Source of the DNA: Felis catus
Taxonomy: Eukaryota
Reading direction: 5' to 3'
NCBI RefSeq assembly: GCF_018350175.1
Contig: NC_058368.1
Coordinates: 83,206,001-83,270,000 of the forward strand
Length of the DNA: 64,000 nt
Shown here one piece after another: positions 38,901-51,900 of the stretch. Every line of letters starts with the position of its first letter. Positions within the stretch are counted from its first letter, which is position 1. The notes under the pieces were generated by a model. It made no database searches. It saw nothing but the letters and a program-made list of their open reading frames with translations, and was not told the origin of the DNA. A program made the position numbers and the translations under genes.

Positions 38901-41355
38901 TTATGTAGTTGTTGAAAGAAGCTTGACAGAATAGAGAAAAAAAGGGAAAGAAAAGAAAAAGAAAATGAAGAAAAAATTAAAAATTAAAAAAATACATTTA
39001 CAACAAAATAGAATAAAATAAAATGAAGAAAATGAAGTACACTAAAGTGTTTCAAAACATAACATTGTAAATAGAAGAAAAAAACGTGGAAAATAAAAAT
39101 AAAATTTTCTCTTTCTGTATCCATGACAAGAAGGGAAAGGAGAAAAGAAAAAAGAAAGCAATTTAAACAAAAACAAATAACAAACAAAAAAATAGATGAA
39201 CCAGAAAACAGAATGAAAAGCGAATGAAATTATAACCAGTTTCCCCTAGAACTCGAACTATGAAGCACTTTATAGTCCATACACAAAACTGGTAGAAAGG
39301 CTTGTGGTGATCCTCTAGGGCATGTGGTTGGAGGGTGTAGTTAACTGGGCAGGGCTTGGTATAACAGCTCCATTATCCACTTGATAGCTCTGCTTAGCTT
39401 AATGGAGTGGATTGGTGTATGTGCATGCATATATTGCACATGTGGGGAAAATGTAAAAATGGCAACACTCAGCTTCCTAGTTTCTGCCACAAGAACTCTG
39501 TGCTCTCACCAACCCATGATCAAGCACCCCTCCTTTGTGTCAGGCTTCCTTCCACTCCCTTCTCCTACATTGACTGTGTCCAAGCCATCAGACTGCCAGG
39601 AGGCACTTCCCTCCCAAATTTTATATCAGATGAAGCTGTGTTTCCAAACCCCTCACTTATGAAAACCCTGAAGCTTGGATCCACTTCAAATCTCTAGGGG
39701 AGGGTCTCATGGATCAGTAGCCAGGTGCCGACTTTCCCCAGAGAATGTCCATGTGATACTGCTATGGCAGAGGTTCTCAGAGATTGTTGCTGGTTGCTGG
39801 CTTGTTGCAGAATAAGTTTGTGCAATTGCATAGTGGCAAAGGTTCAGAGATCATGGCAAATCACAACACACAGTGCCAGGTTCCACTGAACTCTGGTGAC
39901 TTTGTTCCAATGCCAGAAAATGGAGCTATTCTCTGAGGTCTGCTGGGACCTTTGAGAAGTCTGTATGACCTCTATTGAATACCCTCCAAGCAGGAGAACT
40001 GCTTCTCCCCATGTGACCCCCAGGCCCCTCAGACCTCTCTGCCTGGTCCTGTGGATTCTACCTTCCTCCCTACCAGAGAGCTGCCAGGTATTGAGCTCCA
40101 GAATTTCTGACTCTGTGCTCCCCTGCGTATAGAGCCCTAATGGGTATTGAAACCTCCTTTCTCTCCATCAATGGCTCTGGGGGACAGATTTTTTGTTCAG
40201 TCCCTTGTATTTCCACTCTTTCTCATTCTCTTCAGCTTTCAGGGGAAGTGCTTTACCTGTACTCTCCTGATGTGCCACACTCTCCCCCTTTTTTCTGTCA
40301 TCTCTGCAAAAATAACTCCCTCCCTTATGCAGTTTCTGTATACACTAGTTCACCTCTCTGAACCGCACACCTGCCAAGTTCTGTCGCTCAGGTTGCGCAG
40401 ATTGTTGTGTTAATCCTCAGATCATTTTCCTAGGTGTGAAAAATCGTTTGGCCCTAATCTAGCTGCATTTCAGGGATTAAAGAAACATAATTTATATGCT
40501 ACTCCACCATCTTGGCCCACCCCAGAATATGTATTCTTTTAAGCTGCACATTCTTTTAAGCTGCTCCAAATAGATCACATGTTACATAAATATTAGGCCT
40601 CAACAAATATGAAAAGATTGATATGATGCATCTTTTCTGACCAGAAAAAACTATGAAAATTGAAGTCAAGAAAGAAAAAATTTTGGAAAGACCACAAAAC
40701 AAGGAGATTAAATACCATACTACTAAACAAAGAATGTATGATCCAGGAAATCAAAGAAGAAATAAAAAAAAATACTTGGAAACAAAAATGAAAGTGCAAT
40801 GGCACAAAACCTTCAGAATTCAGCAAAAGTGATCCTAAAACTGAATTATATAGGAATGGAAGCTTACCTTAAGAAGCAAGAAAAATCTCAAATAAACAAC
40901 CTAACCTAACACCTAAAGGAGTCAGAAAAGAAGAACAAAAGGAGCATAAAATCAGCAGAAGGAGGGAAATAATAAAGATTATGCCAGAACTAAATGATGT
41001 AGAAATTAAAACAAACAAACAAAAGCAAAACAAAACAAAACAAAATAAACAAACAAAAATATAGAACCAACCAAGATAACCAGAAACTGGTTCTTTATAA
41101 AATTAATAAATTTAATAACCTTATGGCAAGATTTATTAAAAAGAAAAGAGGAAGTACCCAAATAAATACCATCACAATGGAGAGAAGTGGAAAAAAAATC
41201 AGAAATACTAACAATTATGAGAATACTACCAAAACCTATAGGCCAACAAATTAGACAACTTGGAAGAAATGCACAAATTCTTAGAAACATATAAACTATC
41301 AAAACTGAAACAGGAAGTGATAAAAAACTTGAACGGATCAAGAAATTGAATCACT

Positions 41356-41574
41356 GGGGGCGCCTGGTGGCTCAGTCAGTTAAGCATCCGACTTCGGCTC
41401 AGGTCAGGATCTCCCGGTCTGTGAGTTCGAGCCCCGCGTCGGGCTCTGTGCTGACAGCTCAGAGCCTGGAGCCTGCTTCGGATTCTGTGTCTCCCTCTCT
41501 CTCTGGCCCTCCCCTGTTCATGCTCTGTCTCTCTCTGTCTCAAAAATCAATAAACATTAAAAAAATTAAAAAAA
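41356..41574 (+). mobile_element. CAN-SINE (SINEC_Fc-like)
   Basis: TSD aagaaattgaatcact / aagaaattgaataatt at 41340-41355 and 41575-41590. Confidence 0.95.
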
Positions 41575-42688
41575 AAGAAATTGAATAATTAATAAAAAAT
41601 CCTCCAACAAATGAAATTTCAGGACCAGATGGCTTCAGAGGTGAATTCTATCAAACATTTAAAAAAGAGTTAACACCTATGCATCTCAAACTATTCCAAA
41701 AAATAGACAAGGAAAGAAAACTTCCAAATTCATCCTATGAGGCCAGCATTATCTTAATACCCAAGTCAGATAAAGACCACAATAAAAAAGAGAAATGTGA
41801 TCCAATATCACTGATGAAATTGGATGCAAAAATTATCAATAAAATACAAGTAAAGGAAATTCAACAGTACATTAAAAGAATCATTCACCAAGCTCAAGGG
41901 GGATTTATTCTTGGGCTTGAAGAGTGGTTCAATGTTCCCAAATCAATCAACATGATACAACACATTAATAAAAGAAAGGATAAGAACCATATTATCCTTT
42001 CAATATGTGCAGAAAAGGCATTTGACTTTGTTCATAATCCATCCATCATAAAAACCCTCAATAAAGTAGGGCAAGAGAGTACATAGCTTAAAATAATAAA
42101 GGCCATATACATAAAACCAACAACTAATATCATTTTCTATGGGGAAAAACTGAAAAATTTACCTCTATGTTCAGGTGGATAGGGATGTCTGCTGTAACCA
42201 CTCTTATTTAACTTATTACTTAACGTACTAGCCACAACAATCAGACAACAAAAAGAAATAAGAGGCATCCAAATAAGCAAGAAAGGAATCAAACTGTCAC
42301 TACTTGCAGATGACATGATGCTCTATAGAGAGAACCAGAAAAACTTCACAAAACATTGCTTAGAACTGATACATGAATTCAGTAAAGTTCCCAGATAAAA
42401 AATCAATAGAAATAAATCTGTTGTATTTCTATATATCCATAATGAAACAGGAGAAAGGGAAATTAAGGAATCAATCCCATTTACAATTGCACACATAATA
42501 TATCTAGGAACAAACCTAACCAAATAGGTAAAAGAACTAATCCAAAAATTATAAAGCAGTGATAAAAGAAATTGAAGAAGACACATAAAGAAGCTCATGG
42601 ATTGGAACAAAAACTATTGTCAAAATGCCTATACTACCCAAAGCAACTTACACATTGAATGAAATCTCTATCAAAATAACAACACTTT

Positions 42689-42902
42689 GGGGCACCTGGG
42701 TGGCTCAGTCGGTTGAACGTCCGACTTTGGCTCAGGTCATGATCTCGTGGTTTGTGAGTTCAAACTCACGTCGGGCTCCGTGCTGACAGCTCAGACCCTG
42801 GAGCCTGCTTTGGATTCTGTGTCTCGCTCTCTCTCTGCCCTGCGCCTGCTCATGCTCTGTCTCTCTCTGTCTCAAAAATAAATAAAACATTAGAAAAACT
42901 TA
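42689..42902 (+). mobile_element. CAN-SINE
   Basis: TSD aaaataacaacacttt / aaaataatgacacttt. Confidence 0.94.
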
Positions 42903-43073
42903 AAAATAATGACACTTTTCACAGGCCTAGAACAAACAATCCTAAAATTTGTTCAGAATCAAAAAAGACCCTGAATAGTCTAAGCAATCTTGAAAAAGAA
43001 AAGCAAAGCTGAAGGCATCACAATTCCAGACTTCATGTTATATATAAAAACAACAACAACAAAAAACTTTAGT

Positions 43074-43266
43074 GGGGCACCTGGTTGGTTCAGTCAGTTG
43101 AGTGTCTGACTTCAGCTCAGGTCTTGACCTCACGGTCTGTAGTTTTGAACCCCCTGTCAGACTCTGCACTGAGCATGGAGCTTGATTTGGATCTGTCTCC
43201 ATCTCTTTCTGCCCCTCTTCTGTCCTCTCTCTCTAAAAAAATTAATAAACATTAAAAAAACATAAA
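43074..43266 (+). mobile_element. CAN-SINE, older
   Basis: TSD aacaaaaaactttag / aacaaaaaactgtag. Confidence 0.92.
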
Positions 43267-46200
43267 AACAAAAAACTGTAGCATTCAGAATAGTATGGCA
43301 CAAAAATATGCACACAGAAAAAAAGAACAGAATAGAAAGCCCAGAAATGAGCCCACAACTATGTGGTCAATTAATCTTCAAAAAAGGAGGAAAGAATATC
43401 CATGGGGTGGGGGGGAGATGGTCTCTTCAACAAATGGCATTGAGAAAACTGGACAGAATGGGCATAGGAGTGAAACTGGACCACTTTGCTTCACTATACA
43501 CACAAGTTTATTCAAAATGTATTAAAAATTATGAAAATTTTGAAGAGAGTGAAGGGAAAACTCAACAAAACTAAAAGGCAACCTGTGTAATTTTAGAATA
43601 TATTGGCAAATGACTTATCTGATAAAAGTTTAGTATCCAAAGTATATAAAGAGTTTATAAAACTCAACACCAAGAAATGAATTGTCCAATTAAAAGATGG
43701 GAAGAATACGTGAATAGACATTTTTTCCAAAGAAGACATACATGTGGACAAAAGACACATAAAAAGATGCTCAACATCACATCACCAGGGAAATACAAGT
43801 AAAAAATACAGAGATATCACCTCACAAATGTCAAAATGGCTAATATCAACAATACAAGACAACAGGGTTGGGCAAGTATGGGAAAAGAAGAGTAACCCTC
43901 TTGCACTGTTAGTGGGAATGCAAACTTGTGCAGTCACTGCAGAAAACAGTATGGAAGTTCCTCAGAAAGTTAAATAAAGAACCACCCTATGATCCAACAA
44001 TTGCACTACTAGGCATTTACACATATGATATAAAAATAGTAATTCAAATAAATACATGCACCCCAATGTTTATAGCACCACTATCTGCAATAACCAAATT
44101 ATGGGAATAGCCTAAGTGCAAACCAATGATAAATGGATAGATATTGCACTACCTTTATGTAAGATGAAACCAGTGGCATTTCCACTTACAGAATGTCAGC
44201 ATGAGGATATCCACAGACCTGCTCCCCACTGAATCTCGTCAAAATTGTGAAAAATAACAAAATAATTATAGTCTCCCAAAATAGCTTGAAAGAATACAAC
44301 CAGTAAAGTATATTTTAATGAAGCCTTCTAAAAGTTAGTAAGATTTGTGAGAATTTGTGGCATTTAACCAAGATGTGTCCTTTCCTTTACTTCTTCCAGT
44401 TAAGTGAGACAAAAACTCTGTTCTCCGCAGGTACAACAAAGAACATGCAACTCCTTTGTCAAGATCCTAGAGAGATATCTTCCTGAGATGATCACAAGGT
44501 CAACAGTTCTCATCCTGCCTCCATGAAAAAAATATATGAGTAGGGACTTCCTTTTCTTTATTTTTTCTTCCACCTGATGTCCAGTTACAAGAAGGAGGCA
44601 CTTCTGAAAATACATGGGTTTTAATTTTTCTTGCCCTAGCTTATGGAGCAGGGGTTCCATGATGAAGAAGGCAAACTGAGGAGATTGAACACTGCTTTCC
44701 CCACTATCAGCTGAGAGTTCAATTCCTAAAGTAATGGCGTCATAAAGAATTGTACCATTATCTCCACATCAGTCCCAGAGGTCTTGCTTATATTTTTTTT
44801 TCCAAAGAGAGAAGCATACAATAGAGCTTTAAATTCCTCCCTGAAGGAACTAACATTTGTAATAGAGTATAGAGAACTTAGAGCATAAGGGTACTCTCAA
44901 AAACAGTGAAAATTTAAAATATGTTGAAAGTTGTTGTGAATGGTAATTGGAATAACAGTGATAAATTTATTGAATTATAAGCTAAATCATAGATAAATAC
45001 AAAAGAAAAGAGGAAAAAACCTTGAAAACAACAAGAGAAAAATGGCCTATAATTTACAAGTTAATGCCAATAAGGTTAATTTGCTGATGTCTCATCAGAA
45101 ATTATGGTACTACATATTCAAAGTGGTGGAAAAAAAATGACCAACAACTCAATATCTAGAAAAGTATTTTTCAAAATGAATGTAAAATAAAAACATTCTT
45201 AGGTAAACAAAAACTGAGATTTTTTTTTTTTTTGACACATGGCTTATATGAAAAAGTGAAAAAGATTTTTCAGGATAAAAGCAAGTGACTCTACACTGAA
45301 ACACTAAGTAAAAAAAAAAAGGACTGGTAAAAGTAATTTTGTAACTATAAAATACAGTATGAATGCACATTTTCTCCTTCTTAACTGATAATAAAAGAAA
45401 TTTTATAAAACAATAAGTATATAGACTATTCTTGGGCATACATCATGTTGAAATGTAATATATTTGTCAATACCATGGAGGAGGAAGTGACAGGTGGAAA
45501 AGCTATATGGGCAAAAGAAATGACTATAATTGCTAATTGAAATAGAATTAAGCAATAACAAAAATAACAACAAAGAAGATAAATGATAAAATAAAACATT
45601 AATATAAAAAATTTTAAATATATGCTTGATTTCCTTTTTTAATTTCCTTAAAATACATAAAAGGATTATATATTATTGGGTTTTTAATATTGGAGATGTA
45701 CTTTGGACAAAAATATCACTAAGGGTGGAAAAAAGAACAGAGCTGTATAGGAATAACACTCTTATATCTCACTGGAATTAAGTATAAATCTGAAACTCTA
45801 TTGGACATGTAAAAAATGTGTGTATAAAATCTACTACAACGTTAGGAAAAAAACACAAACATAGTGAAAAAAATCACAAAAAAGTTAGAAATCTACGTTA
45901 GAATACATTCATTTAATACAGAAGAAAGCAGTAAAAGAATAATAGTGGTGCACAGGGAATCTAGAAAACAAAACTGAAGTGGCAAAGCCTAAATCAATCT
46001 ATATTCAACAATAACATTATATGTGAATACATTAAACAATTCAATCAAAAGGCAGAAAATATCAGTCTGAATTAAAAAGAATTCTAAATATACTCAAACT
46101 AGTAGAAAAAGGCTTTAAATTCAAGATATACATACATTTTAAGCAAAATGATTAAAAAGATAAATCTTGAAAACAGCAACGACAAGAAAGCTGAACATGT

Positions 46201-46369
46201 ATACTAATATCAGACAAAATAGACTTTAGTTTCTAACTTTTTAATTTAAATTTTAGTTCATGAACATACAGTGTAATATTAGTTTCACATGTACAATATA
46301 GTGATTCTACACTTTCATAAAACACCTTGTGGTAATCACAGCAAGCCCACTCCTTAATTTCTCTTACTT

Positions 46370-46674
46370 TTTAAATTTAATTAATTAAATAAATTTAAAT
46401 TTAATTAATTAAATAAATTTAAATTAATTAATTAATTAAATTTAAATTTAATTAATTAATTAATTTAAATTTAATTCATTCATTCATTCATTCATTTTCA
46501 GATAGAGACAGCACTCATGGGAGGGGGATAGAGAGAGGGAGACAGACAGAATCCCAAGCAGGCTCCACATTGTCAACAAGGAGCCCGATTTTGGGTTTAA
46601 ACTCACAATGACATCACGACCTGAGTCAAAACCAAAAGTCAGCTCCTTAACTGACTGAGCCACCCAAGTGCCCC
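46370..46674 (-). mobile_element. CAN-SINE with an expanded AT-only tail
   Basis: Head ggggcacttgggtggctcag on the minus strand. Tail converted to (TTAA/TTTAAA)n and (TTCA)n. Confidence 0.9.
46414..46473. repeat. Perfect 60-bp AT-only palindrome
   Basis: taaatttaaattaattaattaattaaattt|aaatttaattaattaattaatttaaattta is its own reverse complement, centred at 46443/46444. Confidence 0.9.
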
Positions 46675-47080
46675 TCCTATCACCTATTTAATCCCTCCCA
46701 TTTCCTTTCTGTTTTCTACTCTGTTAAGAGTGTCTTTCTTGTTTTGCCTCTATCTTCTCCCACCTTTACTCTTGTTTTGTTTCTTAAATTCCATGTATAT
46801 GAGTGTTTATAGCAGCATTATCCACAATAGCCAAAGTATGAAAACATAATGTCCAATAGACTGATGGATGATTAAAGAAGATGTTGTGTGTGTGTGTGTG
46901 TGTGTGTGTGTACTCACTATGGGATATTACTTAGCCATAAAAAATGAATCTTGCCATTTGCAATGGCATGGTTGGAGCTAGAAAGTTTTATGCTAATTGA
47001 AATAAGTCAGTCAGAGAAAGTCAGAAAAAATAGATTTTAAAGAGAAAAGAAATGACTAGAAATAAAGAAGTATATTTTAT

Positions 47081-47307
47081 TTATTTATTTTTTAAATTTT
47101 TTTTCAACGTTTATTTATTTTTGGGACAGAGAGAGACAGAGCATGAACGGGGGAGGGGCAGAGAGAGAGGGAGACACAGAATCAGAAACAGGCTCCAGGC
47201 TCTGAGCCATCAGCCCAGAACCTGACACAGGGCTCGAACTCACGGACCGCGAGATTGTGACCTGGCTGAAGTCGGATGCTTAACCGACTGCGCCACCCAG
47301 GCGCCCC
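47081..47307 (-). mobile_element. Young CAN-SINE (SINEC_Fc)
   Basis: Perfect TSD aagaagtatattttat at 47065-47080 and 47308-47323. Confidence 0.96.
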
Positions 47308-47660
47308 AAGAAGTATATTTTATAATGATAAAAATAAATTCATCAGGAAGATATACAAAGTTATAAACATATATTCACCTAACATCATAGAACCAAAATA
47401 TATGAAATAAGTTTATGTGTTAATGAATTAGGTACAAATTTTAAAAAAAAGGAGACTCAATATTCCTAACTCAAAAATGGATATAATGAGGCAGAAAATC
47501 AAAAGGAAATGGAAGATTGGAATGCCAATGTAAACCAGCTAGACATAACAGATACCTCCAAGACACTGCATAGAATAATAGTATATTTGAATGGTAAATA
47601 ATAGAATATAATGTATTTAAAAAAAACAGAATAAATATTCTTTTCAAGTGTCCATGGAAT

Positions 47661-47845
47661 GAGCGTCTTGGTGGCTCAGTAAGTTGACGGTCCAACTCTT
47701 GACTTTGCCTCAAATCATGATCACAGGGGTGTGAGATTGAGCCCCATGTTTGGCTCCATGCTGAGTGTTGAACTTGCTTGAGATTCTTTCTCTTTTTCTG
47801 CCCCTCTCCACCTTTTGTGCTCTCTCTCTCTCTAAATTAAATTAA
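47661..47845 (+). mobile_element. CAN-SINE, older
   Basis: gagcgtcttggtggctcag head, CT segment, short tail running directly into an L1 5' end. Confidence 0.88.
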
Positions 47846-47849
47846 AATA

Positions 47850-48877
47850 GAACATGATGGAGAAGTAGGAAGACCCAAAGTTCTCTTGTTCCTCAAATAT
47901 AGCAGTGTTGAGGCCAGATGTCTCTGAATTCCAAGAGTCAAGTATACATTGTGACAGAGACTTCTACAGGGGCCCACAGGGGCAATCTGGTGGGCCATAG
48001 GTGTGTGATTGTGAATTGGAAGAAATAAAATGGATAGTATAGACAGGGCGGGAAGGAATCCCCTTCTACAGAGAGACAAATGGAAGAGAAAGAGAGAATG
48101 AAAGTGTAGGACTATATTTGGATAAGAGAAAAACCATGGACTGGAGGATAAGAAAATAAAATTGGAGAAATATCCAATCTTTAACCAAGGGGCCTTCTCC
48201 AGACTGGGGTAAGCTGCCCTGTTCGCTCACCTGGGGAGGAGGGGAGTCAGCCCTGGGCTGAATAACTAGTTCAGAGGCTTAGTCAATAGTGGGAGAAAGC
48301 AATCCCCTCCCTGGAGTACTGAGGGAAGAAGGTATATAGCCCTTCAAAGGACAAAGGACCCTGCCTGTACCTGCCAACCAGAGGCCATTTATAGGCAGGG
48401 CAGAGAAGTACTTCCCTGGAACAGGGTTGCTGGGAGCAAAATCTTTTAAGACATTAGGGTTTGAATACCAGCCAAGTGGGAGACTATGGAGTAGAAAAAA
48501 CAAAAAAAAACAAAAAAAAAACAAACCAAACAACAAACAAACAAGAAAAAAAAAAGGCCCGCTCTCGCTGTTGCAGCACTATGAAGACAACCTGAACAGA
48601 GTGATTTAGGACACCCAGTTCAGGGAAGAGAGAATGAGGTGACACCATTTTTCTCCCCATCACCAACAAGGTGGGGCTTCAGGGAATTGTAGTGGGCAAA
48701 CAGTGGAGGCAGAACTGCCTACACCAAACCACACCCCTCCTCCGCTGGTAACTGCATCTACTGGAGCCAGATTGATGCTGGTAAACCAGACAACCCCTCC
48801 TCCAGACCAACTATGCCACCAATTCCAAGGCATCCAGGGATTTTGCATTTTCTGATTTAATTCTTGGGACAATTCAT

Positions 48878-48924
<47 letters not shown>

Positions 48925-51900
48925 CACATATATCCTTTTTAAATTTTTTTTCTTCTTATTTCTTCCTTTTTCTAGTCTGGTTACTCTGGTTGTTGCTTTG
49001 TTTAAGCAGATATATTTAATCTATTCTCTTTACACCTGTTCTATATCTCATTCTTTATTTTCCTCTCTGTCTGGATTAAGCCATATAGTTTCACTGCCTG
49101 GCCAATTTTCTTTTATTTTCTTTTTTCCTGGCCCTGTATTTCTCTCCTTGTATGGGGTAAGGTCTCTTCCACCACCACTGCCACTTTTTTCCACCACAGT
49201 TACTTCAATGAATAAATTAAATCACACCTGATGGAGGGTCCAAAACATCACTACGAGTAGAGAGATAAAACAACCAGAGTCACAACAACACAGAGCACAT
49301 AGCACACTCAAAATAAAACCTCCAGAAGGGCCAGGCCTTGGACAGTGTATGACCCCTCTTTAATATAGTAGTGCTTGCAGGTGCAGGAGGCATAACAAGC
49401 TTTTAAAAAACATAAGGGGCAGAAAACTAGCCAAAGTGGTGAAACAGAAGAATTCTCCACAAAAGAAATGATAGCTACAGAAGTGCTCAAATCAGATATA
49501 AACAATATATCTGATCAATAATTTAGAATAATAGTTGTAAGATTAATCGTTGGGCTTGCAAAAAAGCATAGAAAACAGCAGAGAATCTATTACTACAGAG
49601 ATCAAGGAACTAAAAGTAGTCATGACGAATTAAGAAATGTAAATGAGATGCAAAATAAACTAGATGCAGTGACAATGACAACGGGGAGAATAAGTAATGT
49701 AGAAGACAAAATTATGGAAAAAGACGAAGCTGAGGAAAAGAGAGATAAAACAAGGGAGAATTAGAGAACTAAGTGATTCAATGAAATGTAAAAATATCCG
49801 TAACATAAGAAGAAGAGAGAGAGAAAGGGGCAGAAGGTTTACTTGAACTAATCATTCCAAGAACTTCCCCACCTTGGAGAAGGAAACAGACATTGAAATC
49901 CAGGAGGCACAGAGAACTCCATTCAGATGTGACAGGAATCAATCTTCACAACATGTCATGTGAAACCAGAAAATACAAAAATAAAGAGAGAATTCTGAAA
50001 GCACATAGGGACAAACAAGATTTAACCTATAAGGATTGACATAAATAGTAATAGCAGACCTATCCACTGAAGGTTGGCAGGCCAGAGGAATTGGCAAAAA
50101 ATATTAAATGTGCTAAATAGGAAAAATATTGCAGCCAAGAATCCTTTACCCAGCAAGGCTATCACTCAGAACAGAAGGAGAGACAAAGAATTACCAAACA
50201 AAAACTGAAGGAGTTCATGACCACTAAACCAGCCCTTCGAGAGATTCTAAAGCATGAAACCTACAGATAACACAGTGACACTGAATCCATAGCTTTCAAT
50301 AATAACCCTGAATTTAAATGAACTAAATGCTCAAATCAAAAGACATAGTGTATCAAATGGATAAAAAAAACCAAGTTCCATCTATATGCTATCTACAAGA
50401 GACCAAATTTAGACATGCAGACACCTTCAGATTGAAAGTAAAGGGATGGAGAACCATCTGTCATGCTGCTCGAAGTCAAAAGAAAGCTGGAGTAGCCATA
50501 CTCATATCAGACAAACTAGATTTTAAAGTAAAGGCTGTAACGAGAGATGGAGAAGGGTATTATATCATAATTATGAGGTCTATCAATTAAAAAACACCTA
50601 CTAATTGTAAATTCTTATGCCCCCAACATGGAGGAACCAAATACATAAGTCAATTAATCACAAACATAAACAATCTTATTAATAAGAATATGGTAATTGC
50701 AGGGAACTTTAATATTCGACTTACATCAATGGACTGATCATCTTGGCACAAAATTAATAAAGAAACAATGGCCCTGAATGATACACTGGACCAGATGGAG
50801 TTAAAAGGTATATTCAGAAATTTTCATCCAAAAGCATCAGAATACACATTGTTCTCAAGACCACATGGAACATTCTCCAATATAGATCACATACTGGGTC
50901 ACAGCCCTCAATAAATATAAAAGGATTCAGATCATACCATGCACACTTTCAGATTACAATGTTATCAAACTTGAACTCAACCACATGAAAAGTTTTGGAA
51001 AACATCCAACTTCATGGAGGTTAAATAACATCCTGCTAAAGAATGAATGGGCCAACCAGGCAATTAAAGAAGAAATTAAAAAATATATGGAAACAAATGA
51101 AAATGAAACCACGACAGTCCAAACACTTTGGGATGCAGAAAAGGCAGTCCTAAAAGGAAAATACATTGCAGTCCAGGCCTATATCAAGAAAAAAGAAAAA
51201 TCCCAAACACAAAATCTAACAGCACATCTAAAAGAGCTAGATGCAGAACACCAAAGAAACTCCAAGGCCAGACAAAGATAAATAATAAAGATCATAGTAG
51301 AAATAAACAATATAGAAAACAAACAAAAAAAAGCAAGACAAACAAACAAGCAAACAAACAAACAAAAAACAGATCAATGAAAGTAAGAGCTGTTTTTCTG
51401 AAAAAAAAAATAGATAAAATGATACCCCCCTAGCCAGACTTCTCAAAAAGAAAAGAAAGGACCCAAATAGATAAAATCACAAATGAAAATGGACTTATCA
51501 CAACTAGTCCTTCAGAAATACTAACAATTATCAGAGAATATTATGGCAAATTATATGCCAATAAACTGACAACCTGGAAGAAATGGACAAATTCCTAGAC
51601 ACCCACACACTACCAAAACACAAAGGGGGAAGAAATAGAAAATTGGAGAACACCCATAATCAGCGAATAAATTGAATGTTATCAAAAATCTTTCAACAAA
51701 TAAGAGTCTTTGGCCAGATGACTTCCCAGGGTAATTCTACCAGACATTTAAAGCAGAGTTACAACCTATGCTTCTCAAGCTGTTTCAATAACAGGAATGG
51801 AACAAAAGCTTCCGGACTCATTCTATGAAGCCAGCATTACCTTGATTCCCAAACCAGACCTAGACCCCCAAAAAAGAGAATAACAGACCAGTATCCCTGA

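Larger units (their letters stand above)
33138..40522 (-). mobile_element. Full-length older carnivore LINE-1, degenerate
   Basis: 5' end gggtgggccaagatggtggag, long 5'UTR, ORF1 ~38795-37923, ORF2 ~37790-33450, 3'UTR and (TAAA)n tail. TSD cagaatatgcaatct / cagaatatgtattct at 33123-33137 and 40523-40537. Confidence 0.92.
30047..44140 (+). mobile_element. Older carnivore LINE-1 (5'UTR, ORF1, ORF2), split by a nested antisense L1 and five SINEs, 3' end missing
   Basis: Starts ggggtagaagatggttgcagagtagg. ORF1 at ~31635-32490. ORF2 runs 32570-33137 and resumes 40523-44140, up to [18 protein letters not shown]. Confidence 0.85.
46229..47020 (-). mobile_element. Short 5'-truncated, 5'-inverted L1 3' end (twin-priming product) containing a SINE
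   Basis: Minus-strand L1 3'UTR at 46229-46805 abuts a plus-strand ORF2 end at 46806-47020. TSD tcagacaaaatagacttta / tcagaaaaaatagatttta at 46210-46228 and 47021-47039. Confidence 0.85.

Noticed and set aside
41356..41440. tRNA-like A/B box sequences as tRNA genes
   Set aside because: They are SINE heads followed by CT tracts, A tails and TSDs.
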